Positions 14,815 through 29,670 of a DNA stretch of 64,000 nt are shown here, in pieces. Location of the stretch: assembly GCA_973851085.1 (NCBI GenBank), contig OZ316775.1:7378001-7442000 (forward strand), given 5' to 3'. Position 1 is the first letter of the stretch. Each line of letters opens with the position of its first letter. Both the position numbers and the translations under genes were made by a program. A model generated the notes under the pieces. It saw nothing but the letters and a program-made list of their open reading frames with translations, was not told where the DNA came from and did no database searches. This stretch comes from Ptychomitrium polyphyllum (taxonomy: Eukaryota).

Positions 14815-15561
14815 CTTCACGCTAGTCCTCCAGCTGATTGAACCACCGACGATCCTTCAGCTGGCAGGCTCTACACTCAGCTTTGCAACTTCGGTCACCA
14901 GGTGCACACACATCAAACTGCTGGTTTCCCCGCCTCTCTCTCTCGTCAAATCTGCAACAGGTGTAATCGAGTCTAGCTGATTCCTCCAACAAAACAGCCT
15001 GCCTCCCCTCTGCATGCGCAGAAAACTCCAACGTGAGCGTAAATCTCTACCGCCAAGTTCACACTCTTATCCTCACCGACTCATTCTCCACACTCCAATC
15101 CTTCCAAAACCGCCGCCTTGGATTGGTGTCCAAAGCACGAGCACTGAGCGACAAGCACCCACACACACAATCACTGCAACAATGATACAGGTTGCACCAC
15201 TGATGGATCAGAATCTCTGGCATTCCAACTTTATTGGCCTAGATTTTCATTTGTTGAAACCACCCGGAGGGTCAAAAGTACACGAAGAAAGTTACGCCTG
15301 AGTAAGTTATTGCAGTTGATGAGCACCGTCACAGCTTCCAGGTGTGTCCCCACCAACAAGGTGCCGTGTGGACGCGTTAATTGTGTTTCCAGCGATTTTG
15401 GGGTTCCTGTGAGGCCAACATTTGCATGCAGGGAAGGTGTTTTTAAGTGTTTTGGACAATTTTGAGTGTCAAGGACTTGGATCTCCTCTTGTTCTAGGTG
15501 TTCCAAGTCTGCAGTAACTTGGGACTTTAAAAAAGTACCTACTCAGGTTCTAACATAAAGT

Positions 15562-15570
15562 GACACGTGG
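15562..15570. promoter_or_regulatory. G-box/ABRE-like element GACACGTGG about 750 bp upstream of the ACH2-like start codon
   Basis: Matches the ABRE/G-box core consensus; function not demonstrable from sequence. Confidence 0.25.
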
Positions 15571-17499
15571 AATGTTTTTGTTGGTTGGTGGACTGAAAAT
15601 TCTAGTTGGACGTCTGAGTGTAAGGGAAGGTAGAAGTATCGTAGAAAGTAACAACTGTTGCAATAGTTCCTATTGAACATGATTAGCACACATTATTGAG
15701 TAATAAAATTTACTTTACATCATGTTTTGGCGAGAGAAGGAGGAAGTTTGGTTTCTTTTTGACTCTGGTTTTTGTTGTACAGAATATCATCAAGGATTTC
15801 AAATTTAAAGCTCATGGTCTGGTAGGTACTGATATATGGGAGGTACACCAAAAAAACATGTTTAGTGCACATTTACTATTGATTTGCTGAGGCTCTTTTT
15901 CACTGAAAGTAAACATTTTTGGAAGTCCTTAAATATGAACATTATCAATACAAATGTTTGTCAATTTGTGTGAGAAAGAAAGATTGATGAACATGGCACA
16001 AATTTTTGTAATGTTCAAAACAAAACTATAGAATCACAATTAAAACTTGTATGGGCATTTTTGAAATAATTCATTTTTGTAAACACTCAAATAATTTTAA
16101 ATTCAAAGTTCAAAATTCTTATTGTATCTTAAATAAGATCTTACATTTGTAATATAAGAAATGTTTTCATTTAAGATTTATACTTTAAATTGCATAAAGT
16201 TATATGGTATAAATGAATAAAATTGAATCAATCAAAAGCCTTTTACATTCATGTGCAAAAAAGATATGCTTTAACAATCAAAAATCAAATAAAATGAAGT
16301 ATATTTATTAATTTTTCTTATCAGTTACATGCATGGTTTAAAGAAATCAAATGCAAGCTTCATTAACAATATTTTTTTCAAAACAAATCATGACCTCTTC
16401 AAATCATTCCAAACATTTCTTAATGTATCTTTTTAAATTTACCACCTTTCCATTTATATCCTTTTCTATAATATTCACATTGCATTTAATTCTTTTAATG
16501 TTATATGTACAAAATTTTGGCATTTTAAAAATAAATTATTTAAAATGATGCATAATTTTTTTAAGTATTCATGCAAAAAAAGAAGTAAGATATAAAGTTT
16601 TATAAATAATCCTATTTTATAATGATGCTATAATTTAATGCTAGTAGTATATTGATTTAATTATTTTAATATGCATTAGCATCATAGTGCTCAAAATTTG
16701 CAAAGTATTAATGCACGATGATCTATTCAATTATTATAAGCACTACATTTCAAATACAAAGTGCATACTTATTTATAACTAGTCTTCAAAATTAATTAAA
16801 AGATATGTATACAAAACATTACATATTCTAAATTCAATATATGTCTTTTATAGTTCATTTAATGAAGATAATTTTTTGCTATCACCATAATTCTATAATT
16901 ACCATTATAATATTCAGCATAAAATATTATAATTTAATATTTTCAAATCTAAATTCGAAATGTACAATGCTTGAATTTCAAAATATATAGAAACAAAATT
17001 TTTACTAGAATTTTAATATAATACTAAACATATTACATATTGCCTTGGGTATTATTTACCAACAATTGCTAAACAACATTGCACCTAATCAAATCAACAA
17101 TCTCACTTTGATAGATTTAAATATTGAACCAAATATTATGATTTAATAACCACACATTAATTTAATCATTATGAAATTTCCAGCACAAAAGAATGTGCCA
17201 TTTAAGTAGTATTATTCTAACAATGAATTCATTGTTTATATGATAAAAAGTTAGAAATTAAAAATCAAGTATATGTAAGATTTGTGACAATTGCATAATA
17301 ATAATTCTAAATGGTGTTAATAATTTTGCTCTTATTATGAATATGAAGTGGAATTTATAGAATCCATATTTAATTCAATATTTAATTTGATACAATAGTT
17401 GTTACACACTTGATGATACAATACAATTATGCACACATATAGAGCATTTTAGTAGTTATGAAAATTAAATAAGATTTTATATTTTTGAACTTTGGCAAA

Positions 17500-18030
17500 A
17501 TTGCTGTAAACACAAAGAAATAAAAAATCAATAAACTAATCAAGAAGTAGTTTTAAGAATTAACCTTCAAGTAGCTACTTGATGATAAGGATTGGTTAAG
17601 AATTAAAATCAAGACAACTTTATGGATGTGCTTTGTAGCTTGTGTTGGCAAGACTAAGGTGTACCTCATCTTGCTTTTAATTTATACTGTGAAGCCTATG
17701 CTCTCAAAAATACCTTTAGAAGAATTTTCCTATGAAGCTTTGAAAAATACTTGAAGGTTTATAGATCCTTTTTGAAAAGTTTTTTAATGAAGTGGAAGCT
17801 ATTGGAAGCTTTTTAGAAGCTATGAAAAATTATTGGAAGTTGTCAAGAATAGAAGCAATTGAAAGATTCTTCAAGACTATCTTGTGATGTATGTTCATGA
17901 TAAAAGCTATCTTTGAATAAGTTTTAATGTAATTTTGTGAAGCCTTGTTTTTTATGGCTTTTTTTTTTTTTTTGCTAACTAATTTGATGCAATCATCTAC
18001 AATGGACTAAAGATTAACCACATCCTTTTG
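17500..18030. mobile_element. Possible degenerate LTR fragment
   Basis: Cluster of degenerate GAAGCT/TAGAAG repeats (17690-17870) after an ATTTATA box, a texture typical of plant LTRs, within AT-rich decayed DNA. No termini or TSD identified. Confidence 0.25.
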
Positions 18031-21000
18031 TAAATTCATTTTGTTTGTTTTTTCAAGTTTTGGAAGAGCTTTGCTCTATTTTGATCAACTTGTGAAATGC
18101 AAGGCTTTGCAATATTAGTATTGGATTCACTTTTTAAAAAAAAGATTCTTCTTTTTGTTCAATTACCTAAAACGGATCTTAATTCTAAAAAGTTGTGAAC
18201 AAGTTTGCAATAAAATTTGCATCATCATCCTTATCTTTATTACGGCTCTTTGATAGTTTATCCCTAACATTTGAATGAAATACAAGAAACTTACCACAGC
18301 ACATGTATTTACATGAAGTTTGTATATTAGCTTATTTCAAATAACATTTAGATTTAATTGCTAATATCTAGCTTGTAAAAAAAAGTATTTAGAAGCCACA
18401 TTGTTATTTCTTTCTTTAGAATCTTTATTCATTTCATATAAATTATTGTCTAGTATTTCCAAATTCTTGCTCTTTTGCAAAATACTCTAATGTTGTGTTA
18501 GATTCAACAAAGCTATTTATTTTTCTAATGTAGGTTGCATTCTAATGGCACTTATTTATCTAGCATTCTTGTTCATTGTACCATGAGTAGATGGTTCAAC
18601 AAAAGTGCTTTAGTAATGAACTTCCAAAAAGAAATTCATATCAAAAGGTTTGTAAATGCACAAAATTTTAAAAAACTTTAGAATGCAAATAAGAATACAA
18701 GTGTGCTTGAAGCATTTGTATGTGCACCAAATATTCATTCAGAAGTGTAAAGGAATATGCATGTGTATGCATAATATCATTAAGAACAATATCATATTGT
18801 ATAAATAAAAAAAGCATGCATTAATGATACAATGAAGCAACATTGCAATGCAAAAAGTAGAAACAAATCATTCCAACCAAATTGCAATATTTTTACAAAA
18901 TGAATATATCAATAATCAAGTTAGCATATGCTGACGTAAAGAGATGCAATCAAATTAAGCAATGATTAGTGTAGTAGCTTGGAGGTATTGTTATAGTCAT
19001 CTGATTAAAATTTTAAAAAAATTGAAATCTTTTTTAAAGATGTGCAATATGGAATGTTGAATTAACCTCAATCCTAAGATTTATTTCTAAAGCAATAGGC
19101 ATTTGGTGTTTGATACCATGACCTTTATGGTAATCCCTTTTTTTTTGGATCTTTATAAAATTATAATCTTGCACCTCAATTAGTACATCCAACCTCTTAT
19201 ATTGATCCTTGTCTATTGGAACATACCTCAAAAACACTTTTGTTTTGCTCTATATTCTTGTTTGACATCAAATTGAAGTGCACAAGATTAGACAAGAGTG
19301 CTCAAATGTAGAATTATTCAACACTATTGATATATCTATAGTCCTACATAATGCTACAATTTGAGAGCATAATATATTAGTGGATGTGAATTCAAAAACG
19401 GTTTTCTTTAGATGTAAACTTTTCATTGAATTTGGCAACGCAAAACTTATCAATAAAATTCTAAGTTTTTGTGTAAACCTTATTTTCATTCAATTGAACA
19501 ATCTTCAAAACTTCATTTTCAATAAAGCATGAATAACTTTCCTTCCAAGAATCATACACCTTCAAATCTCAAACTCACTCCACTTTGTTCAAAAGCTGTG
19601 CTTTCACCCACTCCATAAGCATGTGCAAGGTGTAGCAGCCAACCTCCTAAGCCACTCCTATGACATGGCTAAGCTCTAGTCTCTAGCTACTAGATCTGAC
19701 AAAAATGTCCAGCTGCAAAGATTTCATGTACATTTCTCTTGCTGCCATTTTCACTTGCTTTTGCACTACTTTGCAAGGTTGTATGATTCTCTCATTGAGA
19801 CAGACTTGTCCTAGCACCAAATTGAATTCCTCTGATATCCATATTCTTCATACTTGGACAAAAAACCTTATGGCAAAACTCCTTCAACAATGGCTTGAAA
19901 TGTGACAGATCTTCCATACTGTAGCATGGGGACCAAAAGCTGAGGACAAATTTCCTGACATCTTTGTCTTTGAAGTTTGACAACAAGAAAATTTACTAGA
20001 ATGCGCTATGCAGTCCAAACATATGCTATAGATTGTCCCCTTGGTATTCTTTCCTCTTGGAGAACTGATAAGAGTACTTCCATTTTTGGTAGATCTTTAA
20101 CTTCACAACTTTGTTGAAGTATTTGAAGTCACAATCACGCAATGGCATGGTGTAGTTTGCAATCTTAGCATCTAATTCCTCCAGAGTGAAATGCCTACTT
20201 GTTGCTGTTTCCTTTCCCCCCTCAATGTCATTATTTGGAGCTTCACCTTGAGCAATCACACCATGGCTAGGAGAAGCTAAAGTATACATTGTGCTAGAAA
20301 TGCTCACAAATCCCAAAGAGCTGAACAGTAGGGTGTGAATCCAAGAACTTCAAGAATCAATTTCTTAGAAGACAAAAGACCAGTGCTCTAGAGACATTTT
20401 GACCCTGGCAACTCAAAATTTTAGGGAAAGTAACTGGCCTAATTTGTCACCCACTCAAAGTTTACATGAGCACATATTATAACCACACATTGCATACATC
20501 ATGCAACACATGGCCAATTGAAGACATCGTTGTTGATTTGTTTAATTTGGGAGTGCAGAGTTCATGCCAGTGCATGACCCCATTTGTGGACAAGTTCAAA
20601 TTAGTACAACGTTGCTCTATTAAAAAGTGATTATGTACAAAAAGAAATTGAAAGATGTGGTTTTATGATCTATATTTACCATGAAAAGTATTTTCCAAAC
20701 TATGAAAACCCTCATTTCTACAATCTATAGAAGAGTTCAAACTTCATTGTCTTAGGCATGTTTACACCTCAAAGTTTAGACCCAACTCAAAGATAAAAAG
20801 GTTTTCTTCTTTGAAAGGTGAAATCATTATAAGTAGTAAAATTTCCATTGAATAAGGGAGTTTTTTTTGAGTGAGTTGTGGTCCAGATTTTAGGTATAAA
20901 TCAAAGTAGGATAGCCTTGGCCCATACCAAAAAGAATATGAGAGCAATAATATATATATGGAACTAGAGTAGGTTCCTACCTTATAAAGTTTAGCAACTT

Positions 21001-21700
21001 CTCCAGCTAATTACAAATTAACCTTGTCACATTAGAAAAATCACTATTCAAATTTGTTTATCATCTGTGGAAAAAAAACCATTTGAATGTAAATCCAGAT
21101 ACACCCTCCATTCTTCTCAATGTAAATCCAACTAAACGGTAAGAATACATTCTACCAATAGGAACTTGGGACTTCAAAGAGGCCAAGAACTTGTAAAAAC
21201 ACAAGTCCAGACTGAGGGCCTGTTGACATATACAGAGTCCTTATGCTCCTTGTCCCCACTCCAAATCATGGTTTTCCACACATGTTACATGTCTTGTATG
21301 CACTTCAAACTCTCAGGTGGTATTATATTGTGAATACTATAATCTTTGCATTCCTTCGGAGCTGTGCAATTAGTTGGTACATTGTCATATGATCTCTGAC
21401 AGATGGTTGGTGCCTGGTGCCAAGTCCAATTGGGTTGAGTATAGTGCCAAGTATGTTGGAATGTTGGGACTGAGGTGCCATCCTTGCACGGCATCTACAG
21501 GGATAAGGTAACTTGCTTCATGATTGCGGAACTGCTGCAATATTCATTGTAATGCAATATTTCTTGGGCTTTGAAAGCCTGTACAAAGGACCTGAAAAGG
21601 GTTCTTACATTTGACCTCATAAATACTACCAAAACAGTGTGCCCTACAACTTTCCCTCTGGGGTAGACTCAACTGTTGAGCATCTCCTCTTCAACCTGCT

Positions 21701-22128
21701 AAAAATGTAAAATGGAATCTTTTGGTTCACATGAAATTATAGTTTGACAGTACCATCATTGAAAGCACATGGATGAATCACGTAGAGCAAACATGAAAAT
21801 TTTAAGATTTTAGACTTTGGATGACCAAATTACATCACCTGCAACCATGCCAATGCATGGAATTTAATGAGATATGGCAAAACTTCCTACAGAAAACTCA
21901 ACACAACACATGTGTATGAACTGTTGTATTATATCCACTCGATTTGGTAAATTTTGACATGTTTTATTAAATGCTATACATTGGCAAGTTTGCAAATAAT
22001 GCAATTTGGTCATCCAATGTCCAATTCTTAAAGCTTTATGTCTAATTTACGTGGTTATTTAATGTGCTTTCAATAATGCTCTCAAATTCTAATTCTATGT
22101 GAATAAAAAGATTCCCTTTTATATTTTA
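21701..22128. mobile_element. MITE/foldback-like element: ~430 bp imperfect inverted repeat with ~185-bp arms
   Basis: The left arm (aaaatgtaaaatggaatcttt...attgaaagcacat...ttggatgaccaaatt...tgccaatg) pairs with the reverse complement of the right arm (cattggca...aatttggtcatccaa...atgtgctttcaat...aaagattcccttttatatttt). Confidence 0.7.
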
Positions 22129-23095
22129 ATTAATATGAATAACAAGGTTGATTATTTAGAACACCGAAACCTAATGTAATGCTTAAATATCCATTTTGCT
22201 TAATTGTCATATTCATCTCTTAGGATTATTAACTTTTAAAAAACGATCAATATCTAACAAGAAATGCACATCAAAATTTGGATTATATCAATATATCTTT
22301 AAGCATGCATAAATCCATGAGTTTTTATTAAATTGTGTTGTTATTTTTCAAGAGAGTCAAATGAGGTTTTTCTATCATTGTGTTTCAAAACTTATTAGTT
22401 TAGGTTCATCCCGTCACCCATATCAAGAAATAATTACTAGCTATGAGGAGGGCAAAACATATTCTCAAAAAATGAGAATTTAGAGTAGAAACTGACCCTC
22501 AAAAATGAGGAAAATCAATGATGTTTAGGGGTAAACAAAGCCTCAATAGTGGCCTCTGGCCAAACACTTGAACCATTACAGGTTAGAGTCCGAGTTCCAC
22601 TACATCAGTGGCACACATCATCATGCAAAAAGTTGCTTGAAGAGCATCCATACCATAAGTTGTGATGTCTGAACTATGTACATATTCAGATGTATACAGG
22701 TATAACGATACAAGTAAACCCCTGAATGCTGAGCTGAAATAAAAAATAAATACATACACCAATAGCCTTCCCAAGCCATAGAAAAATTGAACTGGCACAC
22801 TCACCACAAGGTTCTAATGTACAAGAACCACTCCGAAAGAAGTTTACTGGCGGTACTTGGCTTACCGTCTTCCAACTTGCATCCAACTTCACATGAAACT
22901 GAAACTGTCAGTAAAACATTCTGCCAGAAAGAGTCATTTCTTGGCCGATACCATTTTGATGTCGCATGCATCTCCTTAAACTTGGCTGGCTCTTCCTGTT
23001 GTCTGTTTTCCTGTTCAGAGACACCCACTCCAGCTTCTTGAGCTTCGTCTGGTGAGACCTTGATGGTCAAATCTTCTTAAATGGGCTGCTGTTGA

Positions 23096-26000
23096 TTAAC
23101 AACTAAAGAGTTGGAAGCTTTTCTGGTCATCACATGAACAAACTTGCTCTTTTGACTTGGACCTCTTGTGCTTCTCTGACACTCCAACGTTTACGACCTC
23201 CTCATTCCGATGAGCATAAAGTACACCTGTGGAGAATTTAACAATTTCAATAAATTTTTTTGGCATAATAAGCAGTGTAGCATCATTTCATATCAACCTG
23301 TGAGATGCAATCTCGAAACACAAAGAACTGCACATAACACGAAACACATTACTTGAAACATCCATAAAATCGAAAGGTAAGCAAACGGTCACAGACCCAG
23401 CAGTTTTTTTTCACAAGTATAGTATTGTAATCATATTATTGCCGGTAGCTGTACAGTAGAGTGCTCCAGAAAATATAGAACTCAAACATGTAAACCATGT
23501 GAGAGAAAGATAACAGTTAAAGAGGCCATTCGTGGATCTTAGCAGCATTCTTCAAGCTAATCTGGATCCCGAGATCAGTCAAGTAACAAATGAAACCTGA
23601 AATGGTATGACCTGCTTACCTGCGTCTTTCAACATATGCTCGTATTGGCTTTCAGAATCGGTTTCAATCTCATCAACACTTGTACTTTGCCCTTCTGATT
23701 GTGCAGAGGTTTCACTGTCCTCGATGTCATCTTCAAGCTCGCCTCTTGAACAATGTGTGTTGTCTAAGCCGCTGACATCCCGTCCTTCAGCTTCTTCTAG
23801 ACGTACCATATGTTTGCTCCTCATAGCTTGCTCGTAGGTGAGTTCTGGTTGATTACTTTTGCTTAACAGGTTATATTCTGAGTTGGGGCGATGGATGTCT
23901 GTCATTCTCTCATCGTGCTTTTCAATGATATCACTCGTAAAAACGGTCTCCAAAAGATCCCGAAACAAATTGCTAATTCCGAAAAGCTCACCCTTATGAA
24001 GTTTTGAGTCCTGCAGGTAATCAGTACAATAATAATCAAAACAAGATGAACATAACCAGTGCGGCTTCTAAAAGCTTGTGATAAGTTTTTAACAAATAAA
24101 AGTGCCCCTAAAAAATGCTTACAGTAGAAAGTAACATAACAAAATAAATTAGGTAGGTTTCTTCCTCTTCCTAGCAATTTATGTGACTAACTGGATGAGA
24201 TGGTTCTTCGACCATGAGGGGATATCAATTCAACTTTCCACTTTCTCATACTTAAAATAAAGCCATCCAAAAGTGATCCTAGTTCAGTATACAGATTATG
24301 CCTACAGAAGAAATCGGGGAGTTTGTTATCTATCTGAAGAGGACATTTAATAATAAAACATAAGACTTGTACGATTACCTGGACACCTTCAAAATAGCGC
24401 TTCTCAAATGTGCCATTAACACCAATGTTAAAAAGTTGCTGCTTATAGATCTGACGAGAATAAACAAGCTCCTCTATTGATCCTGCAGCTAACAACCGGT
24501 ACACAGTAACGTGCCGTTGTTGCCCGTAGCGGAAGGACCGATCCTGCGCCTGCAGATCTTGAGCAGGGTTCCAATTGGGATCGAAAATGACTACCCTATT
24601 GGCACTCACAAGATTAAGACCTAATCCACCAGCCCGAGTTGAGATCAAAAACACCTGAGTGCAAGCCAAACATCAGAATGAGAACGCATCGTATCACTGG
24701 AAACTCTTACATATTCTCATTCAAGAATGTACAATAAAGTTCAAGACTTCACAAAAGGTGGCATTTCACCTGCTTACTAGGACTGTTATTGAATTCGTCC
24801 ACAAGAGCCTGTCGCATACCCATTGGAGTCGACCCATCAAGACGACAGAAGCTGTAAGCTCTTCGTACCATGAACCTATCCAAAATATCTAGCATCCTGC
24901 AAAAAGCCACGGTTATCATTTAAACAGGCACCACAAAACAACCTCCACCAGGTTTTGCTTAAATCACCAGGTAGCCTGTAAACAACATCATCAATCAAAT
25001 AATTATTACAAGGTCAGCGTCCGTTGCCAAACTCAAGAATCATTCCACTTAAGGGCAAGCAACTTAACCTACACAAAACCGTCAAAATGCCGATCATCCT
25101 AGAACACGAGATGAACTTCGATATGAAGCACAGGAGCACTTGAAATTGACCAAGAAAAATCAGGTCTTCTGAGCCTAAAAGAACAAAAACAAGATCAGAA
25201 ACTCACTTAACGGAGTAGCTGAAAAGAAGAACTTTATCTCCTTTTGAAAGCCAGGTCCCAAGTAGTTTTTCCAGGGCTTTCATTTTCCCACAGTGCTGAG
25301 CATCACTTAATCCCATAAAGCTCTCATCCTGTTGTACCCCGCCTACCAGCACTGCATCCTTACCAAGAGCAGCAGAAGCAAATTGTTCATCTTTTTTCTG
25401 TTTTTCAGGGTCATCCTTTGGATTAGGCTTGATCAACTCCAGATGATTACTCACCTGCACACCAATCATATAATGTACTTGAGAATCACAAAGTCCAACA
25501 CCAGTAAGTGTTAGAAGATGCAAGCAATTTGGCCAGTTCATGGTCTTTCCACATATTATGGTCTGTTTGGAAGATCGTTTGACCAGATTCTAAATGTCCC
25601 AGACTATAAAAATGGACTAATTTTGGTATATGAAGACAATTATAGTCCAGGAAATTTACTTCGGCACAGTTTATCTGAGAACATTGACAGACCAATAGAA
25701 TGTCCCACTGCTTGCTTCGCATTTTAGTGGAAGCACCTGATTAACCTTCATTGCCAGGAATTATAACCATCTGGTTGCTAAATTCAAGATATAGAGTTTT
25801 GTTTTGGTTGCGAACCAACTAAAAATTGCTGCGAAAGGTAAAGAGTTTTGCAGAACAGGAATCAAACATCAATTGATCCTAAAGATCAACACTAACCTGC
25901 TGCAGTTTAGTCAAGCATGGAAGAACGATGCAGAAAGGGCACCATTCACAGCCATCAGGGTCTTCCCGATGCAAGTAGGACCAGAGAACTCCTTTAGGAG

Positions 26001-28023
26001 CTGTGCGATGGCAACACTCCACACGAGTACTGTGACTGCCACAAGTACATGGCAAATCTTTGCAGATAAGAAGTTGGAAATCAGGGCTTCGAAGTAGACG
26101 TCTATACACTCGAGTCTGCACATCACTCATCTTACAGAATACAACATTGTCGACTTTTCCTCGCATAAGGTGCCCAATGGTTTCTTGTTTCGTTCTCCGA
26201 AGTAGATGACGGCTGAGAACCTTCACCTGCACGGGAGAACATATCTTACCGCATGTTAGTAACTACACAAAAGAACAGAGTTGGCCGAACAACTTAGACC
26301 CAATAAGAGTACAATCCTCAAAGTAAGTACCAGTGTCTAGTTATCAGGCCTCTTACTAGATGTTTCTTCCGCTCCTCAGCGATTTGTACAAAACGCTCAG
26401 GGGCACTTATTCGCTGACCTTGCTTCAAAGGCTCTCCATAATACTCCTTGAAATGCTCGCGCGGACCGAGGCTACCAGGGGCAGCCCAATCGAAAACATT
26501 GAACATCTCAGTGTACTTATTTTGCATGATCGTCCCTGTTAAACCATACCGGCGTTTTGTCTTCATTTTAATACAAGCCTGGTAAAGTTGAGACTTCTCG
26601 TTCTTCAACCGGTGACATTCATCTACTATTACACAATCCCATTTAATCGCGCAAAGAGCAGCGAAATCCAGTCGAAACATATCATGGCTTGTCAGTAGTA
26701 TCTGCGTTCATTGTCAGATCCTAGTTAGTGTTGCTGAAACAACAAGCTTCACAGCACTCTTGCCCAAAGAAAAGCAAGCAAACAGGGATGCGGGCAAACA
26801 TAGCCTACACTCCATTACTTCAAAAGAACCAATATCTACGTAGACGAACAACCCTGACATTGACAGAGTTGTGCGGGCACCTCCAGCTCATTGGCCTGGA
26901 CTTTGTCCAAAACCGCGTCCCTGTTTGCTCCATGATAAATGCCCACCCTAAACGAGCCCCACGCTTGAAATTCCTGCTCCCAATTTTGCAGCACGGAAGT
27001 CGGGCACAAAATAAGAAACACTTTCTGAGGAGGAACCGTCCTCTTGCCATCGGCACCACTATCCGCCAACCGCCTCACAGAACGGATGGTCCCAACCTCG
27101 CCGTCTCGTTGCAGGAGCGCAGCAATCAAGGCTATAGTCTGGATTGTTTTGCCCAGCCCCCTGCCGACACAAACAAACCGCCATCAAAACATGAGAGGAC
27201 CGTTTCCAAAAAAAAAAAAAACAAACACATGAGGAACATACCTAATTGAAAATACAAGGGAATGCAAAATGAGCAGACGTAGGACTTACATGTCATCTCC
27301 GAGAATCCCACCTCGCCCCTCCCGGTAGAGATTGTACAAGAACTTCACGCCGTCACGTTGGTGCGGAAGAAGCCGGGAGTTGATGGACGCAGGCACCTGC
27401 ACAACCCTGCCATCTTCCATCCCGCTAGAGGATCCCTCGCCTGAGGGTGGCCACAGCACCAGAGGCTCATTGGGGCCCTCGTTCACCGATTGTATGAACA
27501 ACCCCGCCTCGCTATCGTGCACCATCCCATCCTCCTCCTCTGTCGAGGGTTTCACATCGACGTTGATGCTCTCTATCTTTCTGCGTTTCCGCACAAAAAG
27601 ATCGTCATGCTCGACATCTCCCTCTGGTTTGGCAACCTCACTGCTGCTGCACCTCTGTAACCCACCGTCTTGCGTGAACGGCCTCTGAAAGCACAAATCC
27701 GAGGCGTCACCAGCCCCCGATCGGTTCTCAGGTGCACTTTCTTGCTCACCATCTTGCAGTGCTGCTGCTGGACATAATCTCAGCCGAGGAGCTCTGTCAG
27801 TCGATGGCAGCAGAGGTTTAAGAAAGCCGCCACCGTACCCTGCAAATTGCTCCCGGAGACTTGTTCTGGGCGGCTTTCGAGCTACAACAGTCGCGGAAGG
27901 TGTAGCTTCAGGTTCAGCTTTGGGCGCATCTTGCACAGGCTTCGTTGCAGAGGCTGCTGCGCGTCTGCTGATTCTCTGAGCGCTGTACGTCTGGAGTGAT
28001 TCCTTGAAGGCCTTCAAGGACAT
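23096..28023 (-). CDS. SWI2: SNF2-family DNA translocase, SWITCH2/CHR9 (ERCC6L2-like), multi-exon
   Basis: Start MSLKAFKESLQ. Motifs: VPASINSRLLPHQRDGVKFLY, Walker A across an intron GGILGDDM|GLGKT, LILCPTSVLQNW, DECH box, GLTGTIMQN, LLRRTKQETIGHLM, CPFCIVLPCL, HCGKMKALEKLL, FLISTRAGGLGLNL, DPNWNPAQDLQAQDRSFRYGQ, RYFEGVQ, GELFGISNLF, GVLYAHRNEEVVN. First in-frame stop in the last identified exon is at 23098-23096; the true C-terminus is uncertain. Confidence 0.92.
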
Positions 28024-29670
28024 AATGTCCCTAGTCCAATTCTCGCACACACTCATAGATACGGCTGCCCCTTGCGTACTTTGATCGATCATGCATATAA
28101 CACACTTATGTAAACCCTAGTTCCTTCATGCCTCAAGTTCTCAACGGTCCTGCACTCTGCGAGTTCTCCACCGAGATAGAGATTTAAAACTTGATTCTGT
28201 TGAAAGCCACCCATCTCCAGTTTAGCCTTGGTATTCATGACCTAAATGCAAATTCTCCTTTTCGTTCACTATGTCCAGGCCATGGACTCAACGGCAATTC
28301 ATTCATAATTAGTGCACAGAGAGAAGTATCGCACATTGCAGCGGTTCAAAAACTCCAAACAATCCAATGACCTCAGTTGAATTCAGAAACCCTAATGACG
28401 ACCATCTCCATTGCACACAAACCCTTCTTAGAGCGTTCTGATCACACCTTCACCACATGATAAACTCCTAACAATCTGTGAATCCTTTGTCAACGCGACC
28501 CAAACTCTTATCATGGTCACGGATTGAGTTCGGTGCCACCCACCTCATGCAATCGCCAAAACCCTCCTACAAATAAGTCACTGTTGCATTATACAATCAC
28601 TCTTGCAAACCATCGACTCCAGACGAGCAGCGACTCCAAATTCACGAAACGTAGAGAGCAGGCAGGCTGCAAATCCATGCAGCGACTCGACGAACGGCAC
28701 TAAGAGATGAAGAAAATATGATACCCGGGAAGAACTAGGTCAGCAAAATATCATCCTCGCACTCACAGCCAGGATATGCACCATCCAGGGAGGAGATTCC
28801 TGTGGGGATTTCGTTAGATGCCGCACACTCATTGGAGAATTGTCTCACACTTGTGAATCAATCAGGACTCAAACCTTCTCAAATAGTAAGTTATCGCCCC
28901 CTTTGATCTGAGGCTTGTAGAGACACACGGCTCCATTTTTGTTTCCTGTAAGATTTCTTTGACAACTGCGTTTTCTTATTCGTATACGTGTAGCATTTTT
29001 CTCTAGTGTATGGGGAGATGAATTTCGAGCTCACACATGATAAATTATTCTGAATGAAGACCATGTCGGGATGTGTGCATTGATCAATTCCAGACCAACA
29101 AAAATCAATCTGTGCGGATTCGGTTGTTTCAGGCTTGTGTGATCTGTCTCGAGAGCCAGAATCTGATGATTTTTTTCTCCGCACAGGTTGATAGATCGGA
29201 TCATTGGATGACAGTTGCACTTCATAGTCTCCATAATCAGCATTGTCTTATAACGCTACTAGAGTTCAGAGTCGTTAGAGTTCACGACCTAAGGCATACT
29301 GAATTTCCTACTGAAAATGTGGTTCTGCCAGGAATAGCACGTCACTTTGAGGAGGGTGGTGGTTTCTAATTGACAGCTCTTGAGTAATTTACGACGTCAT
29401 CATTTCACGGAAATGTATTTTTGCTGTGAAGCTTTTGTGAGAGGAACCTCCAATCTTTTCTCTTTAGGGAATCATAGAGCAGCTTCGAACTGTGGTCGTA
29501 TACGCATACGTCTGTGATCTCTGCTTGTAGGTTTTTACAGTAGTTTGCAAGTTCCACTTTTTTATGTTTTGATGAAGTCATTTGATGACGACTCATTTAG
29601 GCCAATTTCTTCACATTTATGGTCACGGAGATAAGCGTCAAGACGCTGCAGCTGGGGCAGATCAGGATAA

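Noticed and set aside
19034..20320. Decayed coding-like minus-strand ORFs
   Set aside because: Probably a transposon relic, but no diagnostic motif was recognised.
28024..28092. Upstream in-frame ATGs for SWI2
   Set aside because: MSLKAFKE at 28023 resembles the conserved N-terminus of plant orthologues; the extension cannot be excluded but is unsupported.
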